From: Parcubacteria bacterium C7867-001
Lineage (GTDB): Bacteria; Patescibacteriota; Minisyncoccia; Phycocordibacterales; Phycocordibacteraceae
Direction of reading: 5' to 3'
Assembly (NCBI GenBank): GCA_001189095.1
Contig: LFCK01000002.1
Coordinates: 214,320 to 278,319 of the forward strand
DNA length: 64,000 nt
Position 1 is the stretch's first letter. Each line of letters begins with the position of its first letter. The notes beneath the pieces are model-generated. The model had not been told where the DNA came from. It saw nothing but the letters and a program-made list of their open reading frames with translations, and searched no databases. Positions 18,937-26,510 of this stretch are shown in pieces. Made by a program: the position numbers and the translations under genes.

Positions 18937-19644
18937 CTAAATGACTTCAATATCGCGCACGGTTTTTGATGCGAACTTATAGAGTTGTGCAGGACGGAAT
19001 TTGCCGCCAGTGCGCTTCTTCGCAAGCTCCTTCAAGATGCCAATCTTGAGGATTTTCTTGCGGAAATTACGCTTGTCGAGATCTTTTCCAATAATGGATT
19101 CATATGCCTTCTCGAGCTCGGTGAGCGTAAACTCAGCGGGAAGGAGTTTTTGTATGAGTGTAGTGTAGCGAACGCGTGAGCGAAGGCGGGTTAGGGCGGT
19201 TTCAAGCATGTCGGTATGGTCATATGCGAGCGTGCCCGCTTTCTCAACAGTCTTCCACCATGAATCTTCACCGTCTTTGCGCTCCGCATCGCTAAGCGAC
19301 TCCCAAGGCACGAAAGCGATGTGCGCGACAGATACGACGCGCCCGCGCTTGTCGCGATTAAGTGCACTAAAGGTGTAGAGCTGCTCGAGGTGGAGCTTTG
19401 CAGGATCGATACCGGTCTTATCCTTTATATGTCGAGCGGCTGCCTCTTCAGCTGTCTCAAGAGGGGAGAGGAGTCCACCAGGAAGCGCGATGGCGTTCAC
19501 GTAGTGTGGCGGGCGATTTACGCGGATGACGCGCACAAGGAGCTCACCCTCCTTAAGGGTGAAGAGTGCAATATCGGTAGCAACGACGGCGAAATGTAGC
19601 TTCGGGGCATCAGTCATACGGTAAGGATACCGCAGGAAGGACAT
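18937..19644 (-). CDS. nrtR: NrtR-family regulator (Nudix domain + C-terminal winged helix)
   Basis: Degenerate Nudix box GGLLSPLETAEEAAARHIKDKTG followed by a basic wHTH-like C-terminus (DKRNFRKKILKIGILKE); lies in a NAD-metabolism cluster. Confidence 0.65.
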   Translation of the reverse strand: MSFLRYPYRMTDAPKLHFAVVATDIALFTLKEGELLVRVIRVNRPPHYVNAIALPGGLLSPLETAEEAAARHIKDKTGIDPAKLHLEQLYTFSALNRDKRGRVVSVAHIAFVPWESLSDAERKDGEDSWWKTVEKAGTLAYDHTDMLETALTRLRSRVRYTTLIQKLLPAEFTLTELEKAYESIIGKDLDKRNFRKKILKIGILKELAKKRTGGKFRPAQLYKFASKTVRDIEVI

Positions 19645-19714
19645 ATTGTCAATAGTACACTTTGTAGAAAGGATGATTGAAGATACGGCGCTAAAAGTGT
19701 AGTGTGATGAAATT

Positions 19715-19788
19715 GCTGGTGTAGCTCAGGTAGTTAGAGCATGGGACTCATAAACCCAAGGTCGAAGGTGCAAGTCCTTCCACCAGCA
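19715..19788 (+). tRNA. tRNA-Met (CAT) elongator type (could also be tRNA-Ile2, lysidine-modified CAT)
   Basis: GCTGGTG...CACCAGC acceptor; anticodon loop ACTCATAA; T-loop GGTCGAAGG; CCA not encoded. Confidence 0.8.
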
Positions 19789-19936
19789 CATGTAGTCGCG
19801 TAAGCGACGTAGTGGCATGGTGGAAGGACTTGCAGGTCGCAGGCGCGTCGGCGCCGAGACGGGGTCGCGGAAATTTTCAGCAGAAAATTATCCGTGACCA
19901 AAGCCTCACCAGCACATGTAGTCGCGTAAGCGACGT
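19781..19936 (+). repeat. 30-bp perfect direct repeat (caccagcacatgtagtcgcgtaagcgacgt) at 19781-19810 and 19907-19936, flanking 96 bp
   Basis: First copy spans the 3' acceptor end of the tRNA; the spacer carries an inverted 16-nt copy of the tRNA T-arm (ggtggaaggacttgca); each copy contains a small GTAA-loop hairpin. Confidence 0.7.
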
Positions 19937-19950
19937 GCTAGGCTAGGGAA

Positions 19951-20289
19951 ATGAGTAGCGGCGGCATGCATCACCTTCACGTTCGGAAGCGCGTCTATAA
20001 AAACGTCGACGTATTTCCGAGTCCGGATTCGTTCAAGCGATTTCTCGACAAGGCGATGTATGTCGTCGGTCTTATTTCTCCAATAGCGTTTTTGCCGCAG
20101 GTGCTCGATGTCTATGCTTCGCATAATGTATCGTCTCTTTCACTGATTACGTGGACCGTGCTCGCGCTGGTGAACGTGCTCTGGACGCTCTATGGCTGGG
20201 TACACAAGGAATACGCGATTTTCATCGCAAACGCCTTTATGGCGGTACTTCAGATCTTCCTTATTGGCGCCATTGTTATATATCGGTAG
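19951..20289 (+). CDS. PQ-loop / SemiSWEET-like small transporter
   Basis: 112 aa, 3 TM; PQ motif in FLPQVLDVYASH; size and topology fit a SemiSWEET. Confidence 0.55.
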   Translation: MSSGGMHHLHVRKRVYKNVDVFPSPDSFKRFLDKAMYVVGLISPIAFLPQVLDVYASHNVSSLSLITWTVLALVNVLWTLYGWVHKEYAIFIANAFMAVLQIFLIGAIVIYR

Positions 20290-20365
20290 GTTCTTGCGAG
20301 ACAGCCTAAAAACCGCTACAGTCTCCTCACGGCCTTAGGGCCGTATATGTTTGTGGTCGTTATCT

Positions 20366-20439
20366 GCGGTCGTAGCTCAACTGGTTAGAGCACTCGCCTG
20401 TCACGCGAGAGGTTGCGGGTTCAAGTCCCGTCGACCGCG
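20366..20439 (+). tRNA. tRNA-Asp (GTC)
   Basis: GCGGTCG/CGACCGC acceptor; anticodon loop CTGTCAC; T-loop GGTTCAAGTCC. Confidence 0.85.
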
Positions 20440-20444
20440 CAAGA

Positions 20445-20478
20445 CACAAAGTCCCCGAAAGGGGACTTTGTGCTTTTC
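20445..20478 (+). terminator. intrinsic terminator
   Basis: caaagtcccc-gaaa-ggggactttg followed by tgcttttcg. Confidence 0.65.
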
Positions 20479-20677
20479 GTGGTCGAAGCAGGCGGAGCCT
20501 GCGTCGGGACTTGAACGGCTCGTTGATGTTTTTCTAGCAAGAAAAACCAGCGAGCCAGGCCCGAGCGGAGCGTCGAGCGTCGGCGAGGCGCGAGCGCTTG
20601 GGCAAGCCCGTTGGAACTTGAACTAGACTTCCGCTCACATTTTCCCTAGGATGATTCATAGACAAGGAGAAATAGCG

Positions 20678-20917
20678 ATGATGCGTGCAGATGAACTCAG
20701 GCAGTTCCTCGAAACCCAGAACCTCAAGCCGGAGACGGTTTCCGCGATTGAAGAGCGACTCGCTCGTGTCGTTATCACTGGCGGGCTGCTCGACGGCTGC
20801 TTTTCCGACTGCGACACCGAGCGTGTTCTCGGCGACACGGCACTTTCGGAAGGCTTCACGGAGTTCTACTTCAAGGTAAACGGCATAACCGTACCGAAAG
20901 ACCCTAGCGGCGCATAG
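20678..20917 (+). CDS. hypothetical small protein
   Basis: 79 aa; AAGGAG RBS before ATG 20678; followed by the hairpin gagaccccgac-accg-tcggggtctc. Confidence 0.45.
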   Translation: MMRADELRQFLETQNLKPETVSAIEERLARVVITGGLLDGCFSDCDTERVLGDTALSEGFTEFYFKVNGITVPKDPSGA

Positions 20918-20967
20918 ATCGTTTATGAGACCCCGACACCGTCGGGGTCTCACGCTATACTTTCCCC

Positions 20968-21621
20968 ATGCCTCCCACCAAGGCTAAAAAACCTTCATTC
21001 CTCCTTGTTGCTGGGACGCTTATCTTCGTGCTCGGTATCGCTACCTCCTCCATTGTGTATCAGAGCACGATGAAGCAGAATCGGTCCCATGTTCTTCATG
21101 CGGCGCATGTCGTTGCACTGAATGTCACGCCGTCCGACATTGTTTTGCTCACTGGCTCATCGACTGATGTCACGACATCCGTCTACCAACGAACCAAAAA
21201 GCATCTCATGCAAATGCATGACACTGTTTCGCAAATGCGCTTCGCGTATGTGCTCGGAAAGAATAGTGCAGGAGAGGTATTTTTCTATGCTGATTCCGAA
21301 GATCCTTCATCAGAGGACTATTCACCGCCCGGACAAGTGTACGACGAAGCGTCGCCGCTGCTACATGCAATGTTTACTGATGGAACTGAGCGGATAGAGG
21401 GTCCGATTACAGATCGGTGGGGAACCTGGGTCTCAGCGTACGAACAAATTCACGCCTCAGATGGGACCGTCATCGGCGTGGTTGGTGTTGATCTTCCTGC
21501 AGAAAAGCATCTTACGACACTCATAGCGTATACTGCCGTTCCGCTTCTCGTAGCGATCGTGTTCATCGCGCTGCTCATCTTCGTGCGTCGGGCGCAGAGG
21601 GCTGACGCCGCTTTTCAGTAA
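20968..21621 (+). CDS. membrane protein with extracytoplasmic sensor-like domain flanked by two TM helices (no output domain)
   Basis: N-terminal TM (FLLVAGTLIFVLGIA); about 150-aa periplasmic segment; C-terminal TM (LLVAIVFIALLIFV); the architecture resembles the sensor module of histidine kinases/diguanylate cyclases. Confidence 0.45.
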   Translation: MPPTKAKKPSFLLVAGTLIFVLGIATSSIVYQSTMKQNRSHVLHAAHVVALNVTPSDIVLLTGSSTDVTTSVYQRTKKHLMQMHDTVSQMRFAYVLGKNSAGEVFFYADSEDPSSEDYSPPGQVYDEASPLLHAMFTDGTERIEGPITDRWGTWVSAYEQIHASDGTVIGVVGVDLPAEKHLTTLIAYTAVPLLVAIVFIALLIFVRRAQRADAAFQ

Positions 21622-21666
21622 AATGTAGATGAAAAACCGCCCAGCATATGCTGGGCGGTGTACTCT

Positions 21667-21921
21667 TTAGGACCGAGGAGGCCGAGTACCTCGAGGAGTC
21701 ACGGGAATGTTCCGCACGTCGGTCTCGACGCCACAGTCGGGGCACGAGAATGTGATGTACGTATCGCTTGAACCGTCGTAGTGGTGACTGCGGGTGTAGT
21801 AGAGATCATGCTGGGAGACCAGCAGGACCGCGCCACAGCCCCCGCCACCATTACCTTCGCCGGTGCAGGTGAACTCCTTAGACCAGCCCCGCTGCTTGCG
21901 GCCCTTCTTGATGACTTCCAT
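21667..21921 (-). CDS. small zinc-ribbon protein
   Basis: 84 aa; CTGEGNGGGGCG ... CPDCG Cys pairs; ATG at 21921. Confidence 0.4.
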   Translation of the reverse strand: MEVIKKGRKQRGWSKEFTCTGEGNGGGGCGAVLLVSQHDLYYTRSHHYDGSSDTYITFSCPDCGVETDVRNIPVTPRGTRPPRS

Positions 21922-22327
21922 GGAAGCCTCCTCGTGCAAGATAATCGGTGAACATTTTGAAGTGGTCGAACACGAATTCGTCTTTGCGAGCAATGATCAG
22001 ATCCTTGCTCAAGATAACCGTGCATGTCTTTCCAGCTTCGTTGCGGATAGTGCCGCTTGCATTCCCGATGAACGTCGTCGAGATGTAGTGGCCGCGCGGG
22101 TCGCGTCCGTCGACGGCATAGGTGCCGAGGACGCCAAGCGGCGCGAACGCGAGCCCCGTTTCTTCGGCGAGTTCGCGGACAGCAGTTGCTGAAAGCAGCT
22201 CGCCGTCTTCTTGCTTGCCGCCGGGGAAGGCGAGGCCTTTCACGGAGCCGAGTCGTTCAACGACAACAAAAGCGTTCGGCAGGCCGTTCCAGTGCGCGAT
22301 GATGTCTGCGCAGTAGATGATTTTCAT
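21878..22327 (-). CDS. Nudix hydrolase
   Basis: Nudix box GGKQEDGELLSATAVRELAEETGL. Confidence 0.7.
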   Translation of the reverse strand: MKIIYCADIIAHWNGLPNAFVVVERLGSVKGLAFPGGKQEDGELLSATAVRELAEETGLAFAPLGVLGTYAVDGRDPRGHYISTTFIGNASGTIRNEAGKTCTVILSKDLIIARKDEFVFDHFKMFTDYLARGGFHGSHQEGPQAAGLV

Positions 22328-22340
22328 AGCAACTCTCCTT

Positions 22341-22853
22341 TTAGTAGGTCATGAGGGAATCGATGCGGTACTCGCCGAGCTTTGCGCGGCCATTGAGCTC
22401 GGTGAGCTCGATGATGAACGCGCATCCGGCAACGGTCGCGCCAACCTTTTTTACGAGCGTGCACGCAGCGGCAGCGGTGCCGCCGGTTGCGAGCAAGTCG
22501 TCGAGCACGAGCACGCGAGCGCCAGCGGCGAACGCTTCCTCTTGCATCTCGACGACGTCCTCGCCGTATTCAAGACCGTAGGCCACTTGAAATGCAGCGC
22601 GCGGCAGTTTGCCTTTCTTGCGGACCATTCCGAGGGGGATCTGCAGTCGAGCGGCGAGTGCGCCGCCGAAGAGAAATCCTCGAGCATCGAGCGCCGCAAT
22701 GGCGTCGACCTTCCCGTCCCAGCGATTTGCGAGCTCCTCGATGACGCCCTGAAAGGCGGTCGGGTTCGCGAGTAGGGGAGCGATGTCTTTGAAGACGATT
22801 CCGCATTTGGGGAAGTCAGGAACATCACGAACATGTGCTTTGAAGTTGGTCAT
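22341..22853 (-). CDS. apt: adenine phosphoribosyltransferase
   Basis: HVRDVPDFPKCGIVFKDI N-terminal signature; PRPP-binding VLVLDDLLATGGT. Confidence 0.85.
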   Translation of the reverse strand: MTNFKAHVRDVPDFPKCGIVFKDIAPLLANPTAFQGVIEELANRWDGKVDAIAALDARGFLFGGALAARLQIPLGMVRKKGKLPRAAFQVAYGLEYGEDVVEMQEEAFAAGARVLVLDDLLATGGTAAAACTLVKKVGATVAGCAFIIELTELNGRAKLGEYRIDSLMTY

Positions 22854-22960
22854 TCGGTTACTCCTTTTCAAAGAACTCACAACCTTGGCGATAGTACCTT
22901 GATTCTCTGATTCGTACACAATGAAGTGGTAATGTGTAACAAAAGTAGTACATTATATGC

Positions 22961-23695
22961 ATGCAGCTCAAAACCGTCTTTAAGCGGCTCGGTCTCGGGA
23001 AGCATTCAGATGAGGTCTATACGGCCCTACTCAAATCAAAGCGTTCGATGCTTGCGGCACATATCGCTAAGGCGGCCGGCGTTGCGCGGCCGCAGGTGTA
23101 CCGAAATCTCGACGAGCTTGTTGCGCAGAAGTTTGTGTCAAAGCGTCACGAAGGGAAGAGGACGTACTATCGTGCCGAAAGTCCTCGCCGCATCGACGAG
23201 GCATTCGAAACCGTTGAAAAGGATGTTGCTGCGCTTACACAGCAGTACGCGAAGTCGAAGGAGAAAGCGGTTCCGGAATACGTCCGGTTTCTCCATGGTT
23301 TCTCGGGAATTCGCGCAGTGTTCGATGACGTTATCGATCACACGCCGCGCGGCGCTACCTTTTATAGGTATACGTCTGAACGGGATCTCTCAGCGGTGAA
23401 CAAATATCTTTCCCCCAGCTATCGTGCACGCCGCGACCAGAAGAAGCTCGAGCGTCTTGTCATAAGTAACCCAGTTTCAGGCAAGCAGAAGCGTCCACGG
23501 CTCGAACGGTTCATAAAATACATTGAACCCAGCACAGATCTCTTCGATCAGAACATCATCCAGCTCGTCTACGGCAATCGCCTTGCGTTCATAAATCTCT
23601 CCGCTGAAGAGGCATTCATCATAGAAGACTCTTCGCTAGCCGCCTTTCAGAAGGTTATTTTCCAGCAACTCTATAAAAAGCTCGGGGCGGGCTAG
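22961..23695 (+). CDS. TrmB-family transcriptional regulator
   Basis: N-terminal wHTH (EVYTALLKS...IAKAAGVARPQVYRNLDELVAQKFV) plus a C-terminal ligand-binding-like domain. Confidence 0.6.
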   Translation: MQLKTVFKRLGLGKHSDEVYTALLKSKRSMLAAHIAKAAGVARPQVYRNLDELVAQKFVSKRHEGKRTYYRAESPRRIDEAFETVEKDVAALTQQYAKSKEKAVPEYVRFLHGFSGIRAVFDDVIDHTPRGATFYRYTSERDLSAVNKYLSPSYRARRDQKKLERLVISNPVSGKQKRPRLERFIKYIEPSTDLFDQNIIQLVYGNRLAFINLSAEEAFIIEDSSLAAFQKVIFQQLYKKLGAG

Positions 23696-24078
23696 TTTCC
23701 TGGCTTCTGTGAGTTGCGAAGCACTTGCTGCTTCTTGTGTTCGCGGAGTTCCTTGTCGAGGCGGTCGAGTGTAGCGTCATCGTCGTCTTCGATATCGATG
23801 AAGTCGTCGCGAGCCGGTTTTAACGCGCGGATTATCTCATCGAGCTTGAGTTGAATGGCGTGCGAATCGCGGTTCTGGGTGTTCTGAATAAGGAACACCA
23901 TCAGGAAGGTGAGCACGGTTGTTCCTGTATTAATGAAGAGCTGCCATGTATCGGAAAATTCAAAGAAGGGACCTGAAACAGCCCAGAGCACAATGATGCC
24001 AACGGCGAGCACGAATGTCGCTGGAGCACCCATCGCAAAGCTCGTCGAATGCGCGATCTTCCGGAAGAGTTCATTCAT
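23692..24078 (-). CDS. low-affinity iron permease-like (Fet4-related, DUF) membrane protein
   Basis: LIQNTQNRDSHAIQLKLDEIIRA motif characteristic of this family; 2 TM; acidic C-terminus. Confidence 0.5.
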   Translation of the reverse strand: MNELFRKIAHSTSFAMGAPATFVLAVGIIVLWAVSGPFFEFSDTWQLFINTGTTVLTFLMVFLIQNTQNRDSHAIQLKLDEIIRALKPARDDFIDIEDDDDATLDRLDKELREHKKQQVLRNSQKPGN

Positions 24079-24136
24079 ATCTAAATGATAGCAGAACCCC
24101 GCGACTGGAATCGCGGGGTTCGTGCGTAAGTCTTCT

Positions 24137-24328
24137 CTAGTGATTGCTGCAGCACTTGCAGGTGCCAAGCTTCGGGATCATCGCGATGATGATGAGCACC
24201 GGCCATGCGATGGCTACATACATCGGATTCACGACACCAAGCGTTGAAAGGAGGAACGCAAGGGCGATGAGGATGATAGCAATCGGGAGAATCTTATGAT
24301 GGGGGCATTTGCACGTGTTGGAACTCAT
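24137..24328 (-). CDS. small Cys-rich membrane peptide
   Basis: 63 aa; two TM helices; N-terminal CKCPHH and C-terminal CKCC motifs. Confidence 0.35.
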   Translation of the reverse strand: MSSNTCKCPHHKILPIAIILIALAFLLSTLGVVNPMYVAIAWPVLIIIAMIPKLGTCKCCSNH

Positions 24329-24463
24329 ACGTAGTGAGAAGGGATTACGGATAATCGCACGCTAGTAGCGTAGCACTTCAGGGAGCGCTCATGACGAAGT
24401 CGGGGGATAGCTGGGTCGTTGAAAAAAGCTCCTATATACAGTACGCTCAGGGAGTTCTACTAC

Positions 24464-24539
24464 GCCGTTGTAGCTCAGTTGGTAGAGCACTTCCATGGTA
24501 AGGAAGAGGTCATCGGTTCGATCCCGATCAACGGCTCCA
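24464..24539 (+). tRNA. tRNA-Thr (GGT)
   Basis: GCCGTTG/CAACGGC acceptor; anticodon loop ATGGTAA; T-loop GGTTCGATCCC; CCA encoded. Confidence 0.85.
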
Positions 24540-24591
24540 GTTTTAAACCCAAGAAATTGCGCAGGGCCCGCCCCAGTCGTATAGTTCTTGT

Positions 24592-25050
24592 ATGACTAAG
24601 AAGATACTTTCAATCTTCATCCCTGTTCTCGTTTTACTCGCTGCGGGCGCATACACATATCAGGTACATATTACTGGTCAGTGGGATTTTTGGAACGCGC
24701 CGCCCTCGGAAATAAATATTGCAGATACTGTGCAAGAAGCGTTTCGCGGCACGGACTACTACAAGAATCTCTCAAAAGACGACAAAGAGTACGCCACTCT
24801 TTCTTTAGCGCAGGTATCACGAGCATCGCTCGTGCTCGCAGCTATAAAAGGGCACTATGTAAAAACGGGTATGTACCCAGCCACTCTTGAGGAGATTGAA
24901 TTTATCGAAGATAAATTGACACTCATTGATCCACTTACGGGAGAACGCTTTTACTATCGTCTGCGCGAAGAAGAGGTTGGATATGAATTTTGCTATCGAG
25001 GAAGTGAACGAACTCGTGAGTGCTTTACCAAAAACGGGCCAGTCCAATAG
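24592..25050 (+). CDS. secreted hypothetical protein
   Basis: 152 aa with N-terminal signal/TM segment. Confidence 0.5.
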   Translation: MTKKILSIFIPVLVLLAAGAYTYQVHITGQWDFWNAPPSEINIADTVQEAFRGTDYYKNLSKDDKEYATLSLAQVSRASLVLAAIKGHYVKTGMYPATLEEIEFIEDKLTLIDPLTGERFYYRLREEEVGYEFCYRGSERTRECFTKNGPVQ

Positions 25051-25559
25051 CTAGTCTCCCTTCCCGGTTTTTGGATCCCATCCGAAAAAGAAAGAAAAGA
25101 ATGGGCGGACAGCGGACAGGGGTCGGGGCGAGCCCCGAGTCCGCGAGGCGCGAGTGGTCAGGATTCTTTTGCGAAATGGGTTCTAACCGAGTACCGTAGG
25201 GTCTCCAAAAGGTGCGTGGATAACGTTTATTCAGCGGACAGAAAGAATGTAATACTTAGGGCATGGGAGCGGGACCTCCCAGATCCGCGTCCGACCGCGA
25301 AAGCGCAAGGATATGTTTCTAACTCCGACCTACAGGCAGGCGGAATGAAAAAGAAAACGCGCGATTCTCCCGAAGAGCTGTACATTTACATGCGTCCTCC
25401 GTAGCGAGGAATGGCAGAAACAAAGAGGTGAGCAGCTCGCCTCAAGTACCCTAGGGCTTCATGCCCGAGCCGCCCGACGTCTTCTCCTTCACTGTGAGAA
25501 CGACTCGGGCGGCTTCTGCCTTTCCGTATATAAGGACAAATGGTATAACCGTTTTATTC

Positions 25560-25635
25560 GCCACCGTAGCTCAGTTGGTAGAGCATCTCACTCGTAACGA
25601 GAAGGTCGCCAGTTCAATCCTGGCCGGTGGCTCCA
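25560..25635 (+). tRNA. tRNA-Thr (CGT)
   Basis: GCCACCG/CGGTGGC acceptor; anticodon loop CTCGTAA; T-loop AGTTCAATCCTGG; CCA encoded. Confidence 0.8.
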
Positions 25636-25640
25636 AATAT

Positions 25641-26021
25641 ATGGCCGAAGGCCCGCCTAAGAAGCCCGATCAAGATCCGATGTTTCTCCCGCAGGAACAT
25701 GTCGAGATCTGGCGAGCGTTCATGGCTATGCGCCAAGACCTTGCCGAAAAAGAAGCGCTCATCAAAGGGCAGGAGGAAACAATCCGCAGTGCTGAAGGAC
25801 GCCTCGCTGAGATGGAGAAGCAGGCAGGAATCTATCTAGTTAGCAATCAGCCCACTCGCGAGCAGCGACTCATCGCACTCCTTCGTCAGTCGCTCGAAGA
25901 CATGCGGACTGCGCATCGAGGAGCGAGAGTCATCGCTGATTCGCTGCGAGAGCAGTACGAAAAGCTTGGACGCGAGTACGATTTCGAGTTGAATCCGCCC
26001 AAACCGGAAGAAAAAGAGTAG
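25641..26021 (+). CDS. hypothetical coiled-coil protein
   Basis: 126 aa; charged heptad-like sequence; starts 6 nt after the tRNA CCA. Confidence 0.45.
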   Translation: MAEGPPKKPDQDPMFLPQEHVEIWRAFMAMRQDLAEKEALIKGQEETIRSAEGRLAEMEKQAGIYLVSNQPTREQRLIALLRQSLEDMRTAHRGARVIADSLREQYEKLGREYDFELNPPKPEEKE

Positions 26022-26051
26022 TTCCAAAAAACTCGCCGGCGTGCTTTACTC

Positions 26052-26465
26052 ATGGCGGACAAACAGCATAAGGGGCGTTCAATGCTCGTTGTATACGTTT
26101 CTCATCCTATTCGCAGCGACCCGCTGGCGAATGAACAGAAAATACACGCAATCTGCTCGATGCTTTACGCGCAGGGTATCGTTCCTGTCGCTCCGTACCT
26201 GCTCGCAATGCGCGCGCTTCCGCACGGAAGTTCGTTCGGCGATCAAAGGAGCATCGTGCGCACCACGTGTGAAGAATATCTCGCGCGCGGTTTCGTCGAT
26301 GAAATGTGGCTTTACGGAAACGAGGAGTCGAAAGGCATGCTCGATGACATCGAGCTCGCCTTCAGATATCGCCTCACGAACGTCGTTCCGCAGACACCGA
26401 CGACGGAGCGAGTGTTGCAGCACTTCGTCAATCGCCAAGCCGCAGGCTTGGCGTCAGTGCGGTAA
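26052..26465 (+). CDS. hypothetical protein (possibly nucleoside 2-deoxyribosyltransferase-like, DUF4406-type)
   Basis: 137 aa; LVVYVSHPIRSDP N-terminus followed by a Rossmann-like pattern; weak resemblance only. Confidence 0.4.
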   Translation: MADKQHKGRSMLVVYVSHPIRSDPLANEQKIHAICSMLYAQGIVPVAPYLLAMRALPHGSSFGDQRSIVRTTCEEYLARGFVDEMWLYGNEESKGMLDDIELAFRYRLTNVVPQTPTTERVLQHFVNRQAAGLASVR

Positions 26466-26494
26466 GAAACGCGGCGCCTTTGGCGCCGCGTTTT
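26466..26494 (+). terminator. intrinsic terminator
   Basis: aaacgcggcgcc-tttg-gcgccgcgtttt. Confidence 0.55.
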
Positions 26495-26510
26495 GCTATA
26501 CTCGACCTCA

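Noticed and set aside
20351-20626. 91-aa ORF overlapping tRNA-Asp
   Set aside because: It covers the tRNA and its terminator and is not plausible as a coding region.
25051-25559. Possible tmRNA / RNase P RNA / SRP RNA in the long intergenic region
   Set aside because: I could not find the conserved tRNA-like 3' end with tag-peptide frame, the P4 helix consensus or the SRP domain IV motif. It is kept only as an unassigned structured region.
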